Origin: Clostridia bacterium
GTDB taxonomy: Bacteria > Bacillota > Clostridia > UMGS1883
Assembly: GCA_051866635.1 (NCBI GenBank)
Contig: JBJDXJ010000026.1
Location: 57,799 to 121,798 of the forward strand
Reading direction: 5' to 3'
Length of the DNA stretch: 64,000 nt
The notes beneath the pieces are model-generated. The model ran no database searches, had not been told where the DNA came from, and saw only the letters and a program-made list of their open reading frames with translations. Within the stretch, counting starts at the first letter, position 1, and each line of letters opens with the position of its first letter. A program made the position numbers and the translations under genes. Below are positions 10,182 through 20,489 of the stretch, one piece after another.

Positions 10182-11287
10182 TATTCACCCTCCGTTATAT
10201 TTTCAAACAGCTCTGCCACAAGTTTCTTTTTGTCATCGTCAAGCTCCTCTTTATTGATTGACAGGTAAAAATCACAAAATTGCTCCAACGGGCTTTTTTC
10301 AATGGAAAAGTTTCCTTTCAGAACTTCTTGTACGCCATTTTTTTGGAATACAAGTTCCGTCATAAAGGGGTAATTATTTCTTAGCTTTCCGTATGCATCA
10401 ACTACAGTTTCGGTATTTGTTAAGGTTATACGGACAAAGTCCTTTTTGTTTTCGCTTTTTAAAATTTCCTCTATTTGTCCTTTAATATCAATGTAATCAC
10501 GCATGGGCACAAGGGGATGTTTTGTTATTTCCAAATTCCCTTTTTCTTTTAACTGCCCTATTAAAACATACTTTTTACCGCTTGCTTCACTTGCGGAATA
10601 TTTTAAAGGTGTGCCCGAATAATAAATGTTATCTTTAATTTTTTGACACTTATGTAAATGCCCCAACGCCACATAGTCAAACTTTTTGTAAACAGATGCA
10701 TCAACACAGTCTAATCCGCCTATGGAGATTTCTTCGCTTTCACTTCTTTCCCCACCTGTTACAAACTGGTGTGAAAGGAGGATATTGCGTTCACCTTCAT
10801 CAATATTAAGTTTTTTTATTAGTGCATCTACCCCATCGGTGTATGTTTCAATATTTTCATCTTCAAGATATGCCCGTGCATTAGACGGCTTAATAAAGGG
10901 TAAAAGATATATATTTATTTTGCCGTAAGAATCTTTGATTTCCACCTTTGAAATCTCGCCTGAAAATACAGGGGAAATATAAATATCCTGCCTTTTAAAT
11001 GCCTCCTGTCCGTAAGAAAGTCTCTCAGCAGAGTCATGGTTGCCGCTTATAATAAAAACCTTTGATTTCGTTTGTGCAAGTAAATCCAAAAACTCATCAA
11101 GTAAACTTACAGCCTCGGCAGAAGGCATGGTTTTATCGTATATATCTCCTGAAATGAAAACACAGTCAGGTTTATTATCATTTATAACTTTAATAATTTC
11201 ACAAAGTATATACTTCTGGTCGTTAATAAGGCTGTACTCATTCAGCCTTTTTCCTATATGTAAATCTGACACGTGAATAAATTTCAT
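10181..11287 (-). CDS. sbcD: SbcD nuclease subunit
   Basis: SDLHIG, GDIYD, SGNHDS, LGHLH phosphoesterase motifs; likely start MKFIH at 11287. Confidence 0.95.
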   Translation of the reverse strand: MKFIHVSDLHIGKRLNEYSLINDQKYILCEIIKVINDNKPDCVFISGDIYDKTMPSAEAVSLLDEFLDLLAQTKSKVFIISGNHDSAERLSYGQEAFKRQDIYISPVFSGEISKVEIKDSYGKINIYLLPFIKPSNARAYLEDENIETYTDGVDALIKKLNIDEGERNILLSHQFVTGGERSESEEISIGGLDCVDASVYKKFDYVALGHLHKCQKIKDNIYYSGTPLKYSASEASGKKYVLIGQLKEKGNLEITKHPLVPMRDYIDIKGQIEEILKSENKKDFVRITLTNTETVVDAYGKLRNNYPFMTELVFQKNGVQEVLKGNFSIEKSPLEQFCDFYLSINKEELDDDKKKLVAELFENITEGE

Positions 11288-11313
11288 ATTTGCACCCTCT
11301 GAATCAATATGAT

Positions 11314-11543
11314 CGTGTCGAAATGTCGACACGCGACCTCAAAGGCGGACTACGTCGTTGGGCACTTTGAGGTCTGTATTTTTTCTAAGGAACAAAGTGG
11401 CAATTTCTCGTGCAAGGGGTCTACGACCCCCTAAAATTACCACTTTCGGAGCCGAAAATGCGATTTCCGGCTCCTATTTTATTTGGGGAGTAAGCTCCCC
11501 AAACCCCTTGCGACTGAATAAAAATAGGTTTATCGACAGTCTG
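11314..11543. repeat. Highly structured non-coding MITE/REP-like element
   Basis: Inverted repeats CGTGTCGA/TCGACACG, GACCTCAAAG/CTTTGAGGTC, GCAAGGGG/CCCCTTGC, GGAGCCG/CGGCTCC, TTGGGGAG/CTCCCCAA. Confidence 0.6.
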
Positions 11544-11597
11544 TTAATACACTTCTATTTTACACGTTTTATTGACGCCCGTCAACATAAAAGAAGA

Positions 11598-11756
11598 GAC
11601 TGTAAAAAAGTCTCTAATAAATAATTTAAGACCATTTGGGACAGTCCCCCTTATGGCAAATTGGGAGACAATTTGCCAAAGAAACCTTGCGAGGTTTTGT
11701 TGGGACAGTCCCGAAATGGTCTTTCTGTTATCTCAGTGCTGACTTTTTTACAGCCC
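11598..11756. mobile_element. ~160-bp MITE-like element, copy 1
   Basis: Terminal IRs CTGTAAAAAAGTC/GACTTTTTTACAG; near-identical to 22200-22359. Confidence 0.8.
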
Positions 11757-11764
11757 ATTTTCTT

Positions 11765-13423
11765 TTATTTAAACTTATTAAAACTTACTGTAACACTTGT
11801 TCCTACGCCTTCTGTGCTTTCAAGGCTGATTTGTGCATTGTGATATAGTGCAGCGTGCTTTACAATGGCAAGCCCTAAACCCGTTCCGCCAAGTTGTTTA
11901 GAGTGACTTTTGTCAACTCGGTAAAATCTTTCAAACACTCTGTTTTGCTCGTTTTTAGGTATTCCTATACCTGTATCACGAACAGTTAAATTGACTTTTT
12001 CTTCGGTGGTATTCACAATCACATCCACAATGCCATTTTCCTTGTTATACTTTATGGCGTTGTCACAAAGGTTATAAACAATTTCGTCAATGATTTTCCT
12101 TACACCCGATACATATGCACTGTCGCCTATAACATTAATCTTTACAGACTGCTTTTTTGCAACACTCTCAAGCCTTTTGACGACTTCTTTTGAAACTTCA
12201 AAAATATCAATCTTTTCATCGGTAAATTGCACTGCGTTTTCGTCAAGCTCTGATATTTTTATAATATCACTTACAAGGTTTATAAGCCTTTGGGCTTCAT
12301 CATAAATTGATGAAGAAAAATCAACTACTGTTTCACAGGGTGTGTTGCCCGTTTTCATTATTTCCGCAAAGCCTGAAATAGACGTAAGGGGTGTTTTTAA
12401 TTCATGGGAAATATTTGATGTAAATTCCCGTCGTAACTGTTCACGCTTTACACTTTCCGTAACATCAAGAATTACAATAACGGCACCTATAATTCTTTCA
12501 TCCTCATAAACAGGGTTAGCTATAAGATTGTATGTAGAGTCTTCATGGGCAATACTGTTTTCTGCACGGTTTCCATTGAGTGCCTTTTCCACAGCCTCCC
12601 TAAAGCCTTTTGTACGGTTAAAAGCAAGGACACTTTCAATCTGTGTGTTGTCAATTTCCAAAAGCCGAATAGCCGCTTGATTGTAAAAAATCACATTATA
12701 CTGTGTATCAATGACAATTAATCCTTCGCTCATATTCTCGGTTATAAGCTTAAATTCCTCCTGCCTTTTATTGGCATCTTTTATTTGCTTATCTATGGTT
12801 TTCTTCTGTGCGGAAAGCTTATGTAATATGGGTGTTAATTCCTCATAAGTTTCGTTACTTGAGGGGTTTTCCAAATCAAGTTCATTAAGAGGCTTAATAA
12901 TAACTTTTGATACACGCTGTGAAAATATTGCAGATATAACAATTGCCAAAGCTACGATAAATAGAAAAGGTTGCAGAAGACCTAAAAGTATAACCACAAC
13001 AGAGCTTTGTGTTGTGGAAACACGCAAAATGTTTCCGTTTTCCATTTTTACGGCATAATAGAGTGTTTTACGCATTAGTGTGTCAGAATAACGGTAACTT
13101 GTACCGCTTCCCGTTTGTAAAGCTTCTTTGATTTCCTTACGGTCACTATGGTTGTCAAGGGTACTTTCGTCAGCAAGGTTATCAGATAAAACAACACCGT
13201 CAGGGGAAACAACTGTTATTCTTTTATCGTCATTTTTATAGCTTTCAATGTATGATATTCCCTCTTTTTCCAGTGCGTGGGAAATATACCCGGCTTCGCT
13301 TTCAAGCTCTTTGAAAATCTGTGTTTCAAAATGCTCGTAAAGGACGCCCACCACAAGGGTAAAGCTTATCAGTAAAACCATAAGGGAGGCAAGAAAGCTT
13401 GAAAAAAATATCTTTTTATTCAT
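11765..13423 (-). CDS. phoR: PAS-domain sensor histidine kinase PhoR
   Basis: Two TM helices, PAS, ISHELKTPL H-box, NAIKY, DTGIGI, GGTGLGLAI; located in the pst operon. Confidence 0.9.
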   Translation of the reverse strand: MNKKIFFSSFLASLMVLLISFTLVVGVLYEHFETQIFKELESEAGYISHALEKEGISYIESYKNDDKRITVVSPDGVVLSDNLADESTLDNHSDRKEIKEALQTGSGTSYRYSDTLMRKTLYYAVKMENGNILRVSTTQSSVVVILLGLLQPFLFIVALAIVISAIFSQRVSKVIIKPLNELDLENPSSNETYEELTPILHKLSAQKKTIDKQIKDANKRQEEFKLITENMSEGLIVIDTQYNVIFYNQAAIRLLEIDNTQIESVLAFNRTKGFREAVEKALNGNRAENSIAHEDSTYNLIANPVYEDERIIGAVIVILDVTESVKREQLRREFTSNISHELKTPLTSISGFAEIMKTGNTPCETVVDFSSSIYDEAQRLINLVSDIIKISELDENAVQFTDEKIDIFEVSKEVVKRLESVAKKQSVKINVIGDSAYVSGVRKIIDEIVYNLCDNAIKYNKENGIVDVIVNTTEEKVNLTVRDTGIGIPKNEQNRVFERFYRVDKSHSKQLGGTGLGLAIVKHAALYHNAQISLESTEGVGTSVTVSFNKFK

Positions 13424-14103
13424 TAAATCTGTCCCCCTATCTTGTAGCCTACATTTTTAACAGTCTGTATAAGCTCCCCTGCACTCTCCAGCTTTACACG
13501 GAGCTTTCGCACATGCACATCAAGGGTTCTTGATTCACCGTAAAATTCACCCCACACACGTGAAAGAAGGGTTTCACGGCTTACAACATTACCCCCTGAT
13601 TCCAAAAGCACCACAAGAAGGGAATATTCCTTAAAGGACAGGTTAATCTCCTTATCGTTAACCTTTACTATATGCTTATTGGGATTTACATATAAATCAC
13701 CTATTCTGTATTCCTTCATCTCGTGTGTCTTTTCGTAGCGTCTTAACACTGCACGGACTCTTGATGCAAGCTCTGTCATTCCGAAAGGCTTTGATATATA
13801 ATCATCTGCCCCCATGTCAAGCCCTGTTACCTTGTCGTATTCACTGTCCTTTGCTGTGATAATAATAACAGGAATATCACTATAATATGGATCCTCACGA
13901 AGCTTTGTCAAAATTGAAAGACCGTCCTCCTCAGGAAGCATCAAATCAAGCATTATAAGAGCAGGAACTGTAGTTTTAATGGCATCCCAAAACTCGCAAG
14001 GTGTGGAAAAGCCTTTAATTTCATAGCCTTCCTTACCTAAAGCGTAGCACACCAGTTTCTGAATATTGGCATCATCTTCAACAAAATAAATCACGTCTTT
14101 CAC
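13423..14103 (-). CDS. phoP: OmpR-family response regulator PhoP/PhoB
   Basis: VEDD, LDLMLP, GADDYISKPF, RTLDVHVRKLR; located between phoU and phoR. Confidence 0.88.
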   Translation of the reverse strand: MKDVIYFVEDDANIQKLVCYALGKEGYEIKGFSTPCEFWDAIKTTVPALIMLDLMLPEEDGLSILTKLREDPYYSDIPVIIITAKDSEYDKVTGLDMGADDYISKPFGMTELASRVRAVLRRYEKTHEMKEYRIGDLYVNPNKHIVKVNDKEINLSFKEYSLLVVLLESGGNVVSRETLLSRVWGEFYGESRTLDVHVRKLRVKLESAGELIQTVKNVGYKIGGQI

Positions 14104-14142
14104 CTCCGGATAATGTTATTATACACGCATTTTTATAAAATT

Positions 14143-14790
14143 TCAATCTTCCCAAACATGTTTTCCTGTAATTGAATAAATTACCCATTCGGCAATATTT
14201 TCAGCATGGTCGCCTATACGTTCAAAATACTTTGCTATCATAACATAATCAACTAAAGCTTCGGGATTTTTGTCACCAACATTGACGGCACTTATAAGTT
14301 CCCCTTTGACTTTGTCAAACAGCATATCAACCGTGTCGTCCTGACGGATAACGCTTCTTGCAATTTCAATATCCTTTTTCACAAAAGAATCTATACTGTC
14401 TGAAACCATTTTAGTCGTAGCCTGTGCCATATCGAGAATATGCAATTTACTTTGCACCCCGCTTTTTTGTGTATATTCCGCGATCTCGGAAATATCCGTT
14501 GCCTGGTCACCTATACGCTCCATATCCGAAATCATTTTAAGTGCGGAGGATATTACCCTTAAGTCACTTGCAACAGGCTGTTGTTGCAGTAAAAGTTTCA
14601 TACAAAGGCTTTCAATGTCACCTTCAATCTGGTTTATCTGCTTTTCTGTTTCCCATACGGTCTCTTTAACCATTTTGTCGTTCTCAACAAGAAGCCTTAC
14701 AGCTCCGTTAATAGCTTCTTCGCATAATGCACCCATTGTAATAAGTTCATTATTCAATTGTTTAAGCTGTTCTTCGAACCTGTTCCTCAT
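14143..14790 (-). CDS. phoU: Phosphate signalling protein PhoU
   Basis: QQPVASDLR and two ERIGD motifs. Confidence 0.95.
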   Translation of the reverse strand: MRNRFEEQLKQLNNELITMGALCEEAINGAVRLLVENDKMVKETVWETEKQINQIEGDIESLCMKLLLQQQPVASDLRVISSALKMISDMERIGDQATDISEIAEYTQKSGVQSKLHILDMAQATTKMVSDSIDSFVKKDIEIARSVIRQDDTVDMLFDKVKGELISAVNVGDKNPEALVDYVMIAKYFERIGDHAENIAEWVIYSITGKHVWED

Positions 14791-15539
14791 TAACCGAACC
14801 TCCCTGTAATATAGTCTTCTGTTCTTTTATCTTTTGGCATAGAGAACATTTTGTCGGTATTATCAAATTCCACCACTTCTCCAAGAAGGAAAAACGCTGT
14901 TTTATCTGCTATACGAACTGCCTGTTGCATGTTATGTGTTACAATAACTATGGTATATTTTTCTTTAAGCTCCATTGCCAAATCTTCAATTTTTGACGTG
15001 GATATGGGGTCTAACGCACTGGTGGGTTCATCCATAAGAAGTATTTCGGGGGAAACTGCCAATGCTCTTGCTATGCAAAGCCTCTGTTGCTGACCTCCGC
15101 TCATACCGAGGGCACTTTTCTTAAGTCTGTCCTTACACTCATCCCATATTGCCGCCTGTTTTAAAGAAACCTCTACAATTTCATCAAGTTTAACTTTAGA
15201 TTTTACGCCGTGTATTCTCGGTCCGTAGGCAATATTGTCATAAATACTCATTGGAAAAGGGTTGGGCTTTTGGAAAACCATACCTACTTTTTTTCGTAAA
15301 ATATTTACGTCCATATCCTTATAAATATCCACACCTTGAAATTTTACTTCTCCCTCAATCCTACAACCTTCAACTAAGTCATTCATTCGGTTCAGTGTTT
15401 TTAAAAAGGTTGATTTACCGCATCCCGAGGGACCTATAAGAGCTGTTATTTCCTTTTCGGGAAGCTCCATATTAATGTTTTTTAAAGCCTTGTTGGTATT
15501 GTACCATAAATTTAAATTTTTAGCTGATATTATACTCAT
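14790..15539 (-). CDS. pstB: Phosphate ABC transporter ATPase
   Basis: [43 protein letters not shown]. Confidence 0.97.
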   Translation of the reverse strand: MSIISAKNLNLWYNTNKALKNINMELPEKEITALIGPSGCGKSTFLKTLNRMNDLVEGCRIEGEVKFQGVDIYKDMDVNILRKKVGMVFQKPNPFPMSIYDNIAYGPRIHGVKSKVKLDEIVEVSLKQAAIWDECKDRLKKSALGMSGGQQQRLCIARALAVSPEILLMDEPTSALDPISTSKIEDLAMELKEKYTIVIVTHNMQQAVRIADKTAFFLLGEVVEFDNTDKMFSMPKDKRTEDYITGRFG

Positions 15540-16405
15540 TATTTTGTACCTCTCTTCTTAAGTGCTGTTGCGGCAAATTTGGCTGAAAGGTTTATAACAA
15601 AGGTTAAGATAACAAGTATTGCCGCTATTGCAAAAGCAACTTCAAATTCGCCTCGTTCTTTGGCGTACATATAAAGTGCAACCGTAAGTGTTGAACCTGC
15701 ACTGCCTATCTTTACAGCCTCAACGATATTAAGTAATTCGTTTGCCATTCCCGCTGTAAAAAGCAGTGCTCCGCTTTCACCTACAATACGCCCTACTGAT
15801 AATATACATCCTGTCACAATGCCGTCAACAGCACTGGGCAATACAACTGTTCGTATCATATACCATTTACCTGCTCCCAATGCAAGAGAACCTTCTCTGT
15901 AGCCGTCAGGCACGGTTTTTAAACTTTCCTGACTTGTACGTATAATAGTTGGCAATGTCATTATAACAAGGGTAAAAGCCCCTGCAAGAAGACTTGTTTC
16001 CAAGGATAGAAACTGCACAAAGATAAGCATACCTACCAATCCGTAAATAATAGACGGTATACCCGACAGTGTTTCGGTTGCTATTTCAATTATGCGTACA
16101 ACCTTTTTGTTTTCCGCATATTCGTTCAGATAAACAGCCGCACCAACACCAAGGGGCAATACAACAATAAGGGTTATAAAAATAATGTACACCGTGTTTA
16201 AAATGTTTGGAAGTATACCAACCCTTTCATGTATCAGACTGGGCTTTGTTGTAAGAAACGAAAGAGATATATTTGGAAGACCCCTGTACATTATGTACCC
16301 GATAAGAGCTAAAAGGAGAAAACATATTATAAGCCCTGACAGCCACATTAAGACATTTAAAACTGCACACTTAAATTTCCGCTTGTTTGATATTTTATCG
16401 TTCAT
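15539..16405 (-). CDS. pstA: Phosphate ABC transporter permease
   Basis: [26 protein letters not shown]; operon position. Confidence 0.93.
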   Translation of the reverse strand: MNDKISNKRKFKCAVLNVLMWLSGLIICFLLLALIGYIMYRGLPNISLSFLTTKPSLIHERVGILPNILNTVYIIFITLIVVLPLGVGAAVYLNEYAENKKVVRIIEIATETLSGIPSIIYGLVGMLIFVQFLSLETSLLAGAFTLVIMTLPTIIRTSQESLKTVPDGYREGSLALGAGKWYMIRTVVLPSAVDGIVTGCILSVGRIVGESGALLFTAGMANELLNIVEAVKIGSAGSTLTVALYMYAKERGEFEVAFAIAAILVILTFVINLSAKFAATALKKRGTK

Positions 16406-16408
16406 AGC

Positions 16409-17284
16409 CTACTCCTTTTTATTTTTAACCACAAGATTTAATACAAGGTTAATTATTAGTATAAATACAAACAATACTAATGCGATAGAAAAAAGTGCCT
16501 GTCTTTGAAGTCCCGATGAATAGGACATTTCGCTTGCCACCGCTGTTGTAAGAAAGCGTACACTTTTGAAAAGTCCCGGCATATTGGCAACATTACCCGA
16601 TACCATCATAACAGCCATGGCTTCCCCTATACTTCTGCCTATTCCAAGCACGACAGCTGTTAATATACCGCTTTTTGCCGCAGGCAGAGTAACCTTGAAT
16701 ACAGTTTCTGTTTTTGTTGCACCAAGTGCCAGCGATGCTTCCTCATACTCTTTAGGTACCGCACGTATTGCAGTTTCAGATACACTTATTACAGATGGCA
16801 ATATCATCACCGCCAACACAATAATTGCCGAAAAGAGGGTTGCACCATCAGGAATATTAAAGGCTTCACGGACTAAGGGTACAATTATTATCATGCCTAC
16901 CAATCCATAAACAACGGAAGGTATACCTGAAAGTAAATCAACGGCACAGCTGATAACCTTTGCCAATCTTTCATCAGCCATTTTTGCAATAAAAACAGCA
17001 CACATAATTCCCAGCGGCACACCGATTATAATTGCACCAAAAGTACCGTACACTGAAGTAAGTATAAAAGGCAGAATTCCGTAAGACGGACTTGAGGCCG
17101 TGGATGCCCACGACCTTCCCAACAGAAATTCTTTTATGCCTATTTCCCCTATGGCAGGAGAGCCGCTTACCACTAAAAAACCTGTGATAACAATTACAAA
17201 GGCAACAGCTAAAAATCCGCAAAAGGTGAATATTAAGTTCATTATTTTCTCAAAAATATTCCCTGCTTTTCCATTTCTGTTCAT
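16409..17284 (-). CDS. pstC: Phosphate ABC transporter permease
   Basis: GIPSVVYGL, EASLALGAT, RSIGEAMAV; operon position. Confidence 0.93.
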   Translation of the reverse strand: MNRNGKAGNIFEKIMNLIFTFCGFLAVAFVIVITGFLVVSGSPAIGEIGIKEFLLGRSWASTASSPSYGILPFILTSVYGTFGAIIIGVPLGIMCAVFIAKMADERLAKVISCAVDLLSGIPSVVYGLVGMIIIVPLVREAFNIPDGATLFSAIIVLAVMILPSVISVSETAIRAVPKEYEEASLALGATKTETVFKVTLPAAKSGILTAVVLGIGRSIGEAMAVMMVSGNVANMPGLFKSVRFLTTAVASEMSYSSGLQRQALFSIALVLFVFILIINLVLNLVVKNKKE

Positions 17285-17296
17285 GTCCTTGCTCCT

Positions 17297-18154
17297 TTAT
17301 CTTGAAACAGGTACTGCCCCTGCCTTTACGATAAGTTCATCAGCCTGACTGCTTGTTGCAAATTCAAAGAATGATTTTACAGCCCCTGTAAGCTCTGTCC
17401 CCTTCTTTGTTACGAATACGAAATTTCTTTGAATTTTGTATTCACCGGACTGGATTGTTTTAGTTGTGGGGACAACACCTTCAACACTAACTAACTTAAC
17501 TGTGTCCTTTACGGAAGCTAAGGACGCATATCCGATTGCGTTGGGGTTACTTGCCACAGTCTGTACAACATCGCCTGTACTTGTAAGCTCTTGAGAATAT
17601 ACACATGCATCTTGTGTACCTGTAATTGATTCAAAACCGTCACGTGTACCACTTGCCGCTTCTCTGCCTATAAGAACTACAGGTGCATCGTTTCCGCCTA
17701 CTTCTTTCCATGAAGTAATTTTGCCCATGTACAAATCGGCAATCTGTTCAACTGTAAGGTCTGATACAGTGTTTTCGGGGTTAACAATAATTGCTATACC
17801 GTCAATTGCCACTACTGTCTGTATAAGGTTTTCCTTTTCCGAATCCTTCAGATTGCGGCTTGACAAACCGATGTCACATCTGCCTTCTTCTACTGCCTGT
17901 ATGCCTGCACCCGAACCTGTTGGGTTATATGTAACCTTAACTTCGCTGTTTTCTTCCATGTAGTATTCGCTTAAGTAACCGATAACCTTTTCCATTGATG
18001 TGGAACCGTCCGTTGATACTGTTCCGCTGACTACCTCCGGAGTATTCACATTTTCGTTTTCGACTTTTTCATCTTCGTTTTTTGTGCCACCGCACCCATT
18101 AAGTGCAAACACCAACAAACAAACTGCTCCTAAAACACATATGATTTTTTTCAT
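17297..18154 (-). CDS. pstS: Phosphate-binding lipoprotein
   Basis: Lipobox LNGC; DGSTSM, GSGAG, REAASGTRDGF. Confidence 0.93.
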   Translation of the reverse strand: MKKIICVLGAVCLLVFALNGCGGTKNEDEKVENENVNTPEVVSGTVSTDGSTSMEKVIGYLSEYYMEENSEVKVTYNPTGSGAGIQAVEEGRCDIGLSSRNLKDSEKENLIQTVVAIDGIAIIVNPENTVSDLTVEQIADLYMGKITSWKEVGGNDAPVVLIGREAASGTRDGFESITGTQDACVYSQELTSTGDVVQTVASNPNAIGYASLASVKDTVKLVSVEGVVPTTKTIQSGEYKIQRNFVFVTKKGTELTGAVKSFFEFATSSQADELIVKAGAVPVSR

Positions 18155-18204
18155 AAAAACCACACTCCTTAATTTTTTTATTTTTCCTGAGCACAGTTTG
18201 AGTT

Positions 18205-18258
18205 TAACATTAGGTATGTTAACACCGAAACCAAATGTATGTTAAGTGTAGGTTAACA
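18205..18258 (-). promoter_or_regulatory. Pho boxes upstream of pstS
   Basis: Minus-strand TTAACCTACAC-TTAACATACAT direct repeats 11 bp apart, a third TTAACATACC 23 bp further on, then a TAATGT -10-like hexamer. Confidence 0.75.
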
Positions 18259-18280
18259 CACAAAAAATGGCTGTAAAACG

Positions 18281-18330
18281 AACAGACCTCCAACAGTTAG
18301 ATTTTTGTCTAACTATTGAGAGGTCTGTTT
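18281..18330 (-). terminator. Long hairpin downstream of the CotH-like gene
   Basis: AACAGACCTC-CAACAGTTAGA...TCTAACTATTG-AGAGGTCTGTT. Confidence 0.6.
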
Positions 18331-18351
18331 AAATAGATTTAAGGGGTGTTT

Positions 18352-20436
18352 TTATTCATGTGTCATTTCAGGAATAACCGTATAACTGTTACATAAAGGT
18401 CTTGTTCCGTCCCATAAAAATAACTTGTATTCTTTTGCATCCTTCACTATCAACGTGGGGTTGTCAAGACTTAATTCTTCTGCAAAGAGTACCTCACCGC
18501 TTTCACTGTAGCCTGCTACATACAGCTTTGCAGTTTCTTTAAGAGAGTCTTCAATCGCTACGTGTGCAGTAAGCTCACTTCTTTTTACTTCTGCCTTTAC
18601 AATGGCGGCACTAACTCTTTTAATATTTATTGTATAGTCACTATTAGGAGTAAAAGTTACTTCACCGAAATTGACAATTGCTTTATTATCGCCAATTGCA
18701 ACAATATATGAATTTTTCGCCTTGATTGTAACGGGAATACCGCTAAACATTTTAAGCTCGCTGCCATCATTTACCTTGCCGCCTGCTATATAACATTCAT
18801 CGCCCGAAACATTAAAAAGTACCGTGCCTGTTATGCCTGCGTCATAGTAGGTGTTAAAAACATTCATATACTGATTTCTGAAAGGTGTCGGTCTGTCTAA
18901 TGCAAAAGTTTTAAGATAATTAACATTGTTTTTCCAGTCTTGTAAACTGCCAATATTCCAGCGTGCAATATCCGCCGCCTTTCCTGCTTCACGCTCCTTT
19001 GCAAGCTCCTCCACAACTTTAGAGATACTTTTTCCGCTCATAATAGTTCTGAGATAAACCATGCTTCGCTGTGCAAATTCGTTTCTGAAATCTTCATTTT
19101 TGAAAAGACCTTCAAACAAATCTGTTGCGAATTTAGGGTGTCTGGCAAGTGAGTTATCGTCCTTCTGCATTGTGGAAAGATAAAGTGTTTCATGACTTGA
19201 GTTTTCGTAAGAAATATCAAAATCATGCACCATAAAACGCCACTTACCGTCCATGCCGTAAACATTCGGGTCTATGCTTTCTTCTGTCACTCGCCAGAAT
19301 TTCATGTTGTTACCGGGCCAGTCATCATTGCCTGCATGTATATAAACAATCATATAGTCAATAAGGTTGTCAACATCTACTACCGAGCAGAATTCTTCAT
19401 AAACTTCATCACTGGTAAAATCGTTGTCCAAAACGAGACTCTTCACATATGCCCATTGAGTGCGATAATATGTTTCGCCTAAAATTCCGTCCTTATTATC
19501 ATCCTCAGGTCCCTCGGAGTATTCCAACCTATCAATATAGGTTAGACCGTTGTATTCGGTATAATCAAGAGGTAACGTCCAGTCACGGTCTAAAAACACA
19601 ATGTTATCCCCGTCAATACCATAGTGTTCTTCAAGATAGTCCTTATCATACTGCTCTCGACATTCATAAAGACCCCAGTATTCGCCGTTTAAAAATAGTA
19701 CCATAGGAGTGCTCCATGCTGTATCAACTCTTGTATTGGCGGCAACACGTTGTGCTAGCGGGTCACGAAGATTTGTATTTCGCCAGTCAGATATACGGAA
19801 CGTCACCTTTGAATAAACTTCAACGCCATCACCGGGGATAAGGTCATATTCAAGTAGCTTACTTTGCGTTGGGTCAGTCTTTTTAAAATATACCCTAAGT
19901 GACTTTTTTGGTTCAGAACGAGAACCGTTTCCTGAAACTTTCATTTCTATTGTACGGTTAACCTCACTTTGTCCGTCCTTTGTTATGTAATGAAACACAC
20001 CGGGAACTTTATGCTCATAATTGTAATTTGTATAAATGCCGTTTGCACTGTCCCACAAATCATACTGTGTTGCAATAAGATTAACAAAGGGGTAGTTACC
20101 AACATAGTCCCACATTCCTTTGCCTACAAAATAAGTATTTGAAGAAACATAGCTTGTTTCTCCGTCTTTTATTACAGCCGCACGGATAACAGTGCCTTTA
20201 GGTGGCGTTGTTGTACTTGGCTCAATAACAAAAGGCTTTGTATATTTTTCAGATGCCGTTGTGGGCACATCGCCGTTTAATGTATAGTAAATATCCCCCT
20301 CACCTGATAGCGAAACCTCAATAGTGCTTTCATAAACACCGCCGTTCAGACTAAATACGGGTGCCTCAGGAGCGGCACTGACATTTATCCCCCAAAAAAG
20401 CAGAATAAATATTGTAATTATAATAGTTCTTTTCAT
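18352..20436 (-). CDS. Secreted CotH-kinase-family protein with N-terminal Fn3/chitobiase-type domain
   Basis: Signal peptide; IYYTLNGDVPT; GNGSR..PKKSLR, LNGEYWGLY..RE, NDDWPGNN, KWRFMVHDFD. Confidence 0.85.
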   Translation of the reverse strand: MKRTIIITIFILLFWGINVSAAPEAPVFSLNGGVYESTIEVSLSGEGDIYYTLNGDVPTTASEKYTKPFVIEPSTTTPPKGTVIRAAVIKDGETSYVSSNTYFVGKGMWDYVGNYPFVNLIATQYDLWDSANGIYTNYNYEHKVPGVFHYITKDGQSEVNRTIEMKVSGNGSRSEPKKSLRVYFKKTDPTQSKLLEYDLIPGDGVEVYSKVTFRISDWRNTNLRDPLAQRVAANTRVDTAWSTPMVLFLNGEYWGLYECREQYDKDYLEEHYGIDGDNIVFLDRDWTLPLDYTEYNGLTYIDRLEYSEGPEDDNKDGILGETYYRTQWAYVKSLVLDNDFTSDEVYEEFCSVVDVDNLIDYMIVYIHAGNDDWPGNNMKFWRVTEESIDPNVYGMDGKWRFMVHDFDISYENSSHETLYLSTMQKDDNSLARHPKFATDLFEGLFKNEDFRNEFAQRSMVYLRTIMSGKSISKVVEELAKEREAGKAADIARWNIGSLQDWKNNVNYLKTFALDRPTPFRNQYMNVFNTYYDAGITGTVLFNVSGDECYIAGGKVNDGSELKMFSGIPVTIKAKNSYIVAIGDNKAIVNFGEVTFTPNSDYTINIKRVSAAIVKAEVKRSELTAHVAIEDSLKETAKLYVAGYSESGEVLFAEELSLDNPTLIVKDAKEYKLFLWDGTRPLCNSYTVIPEMTHE

Positions 20437-20489
20437 TCTCTCACATCCTAATATTTATATGTCTATTATCTCATAATAAACTTGTTTTG

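Noticed and set aside
11358-11848. Short plus-strand ORFs as transposase remnants
   Set aside because: They lie within the structured repeats and show no DDE or HUH motifs
18281-18330. IS end remnant
   Set aside because: The TGTCTAACTATTG arm looks IS-like, but no transposase is nearby and a terminator role explains the hairpin
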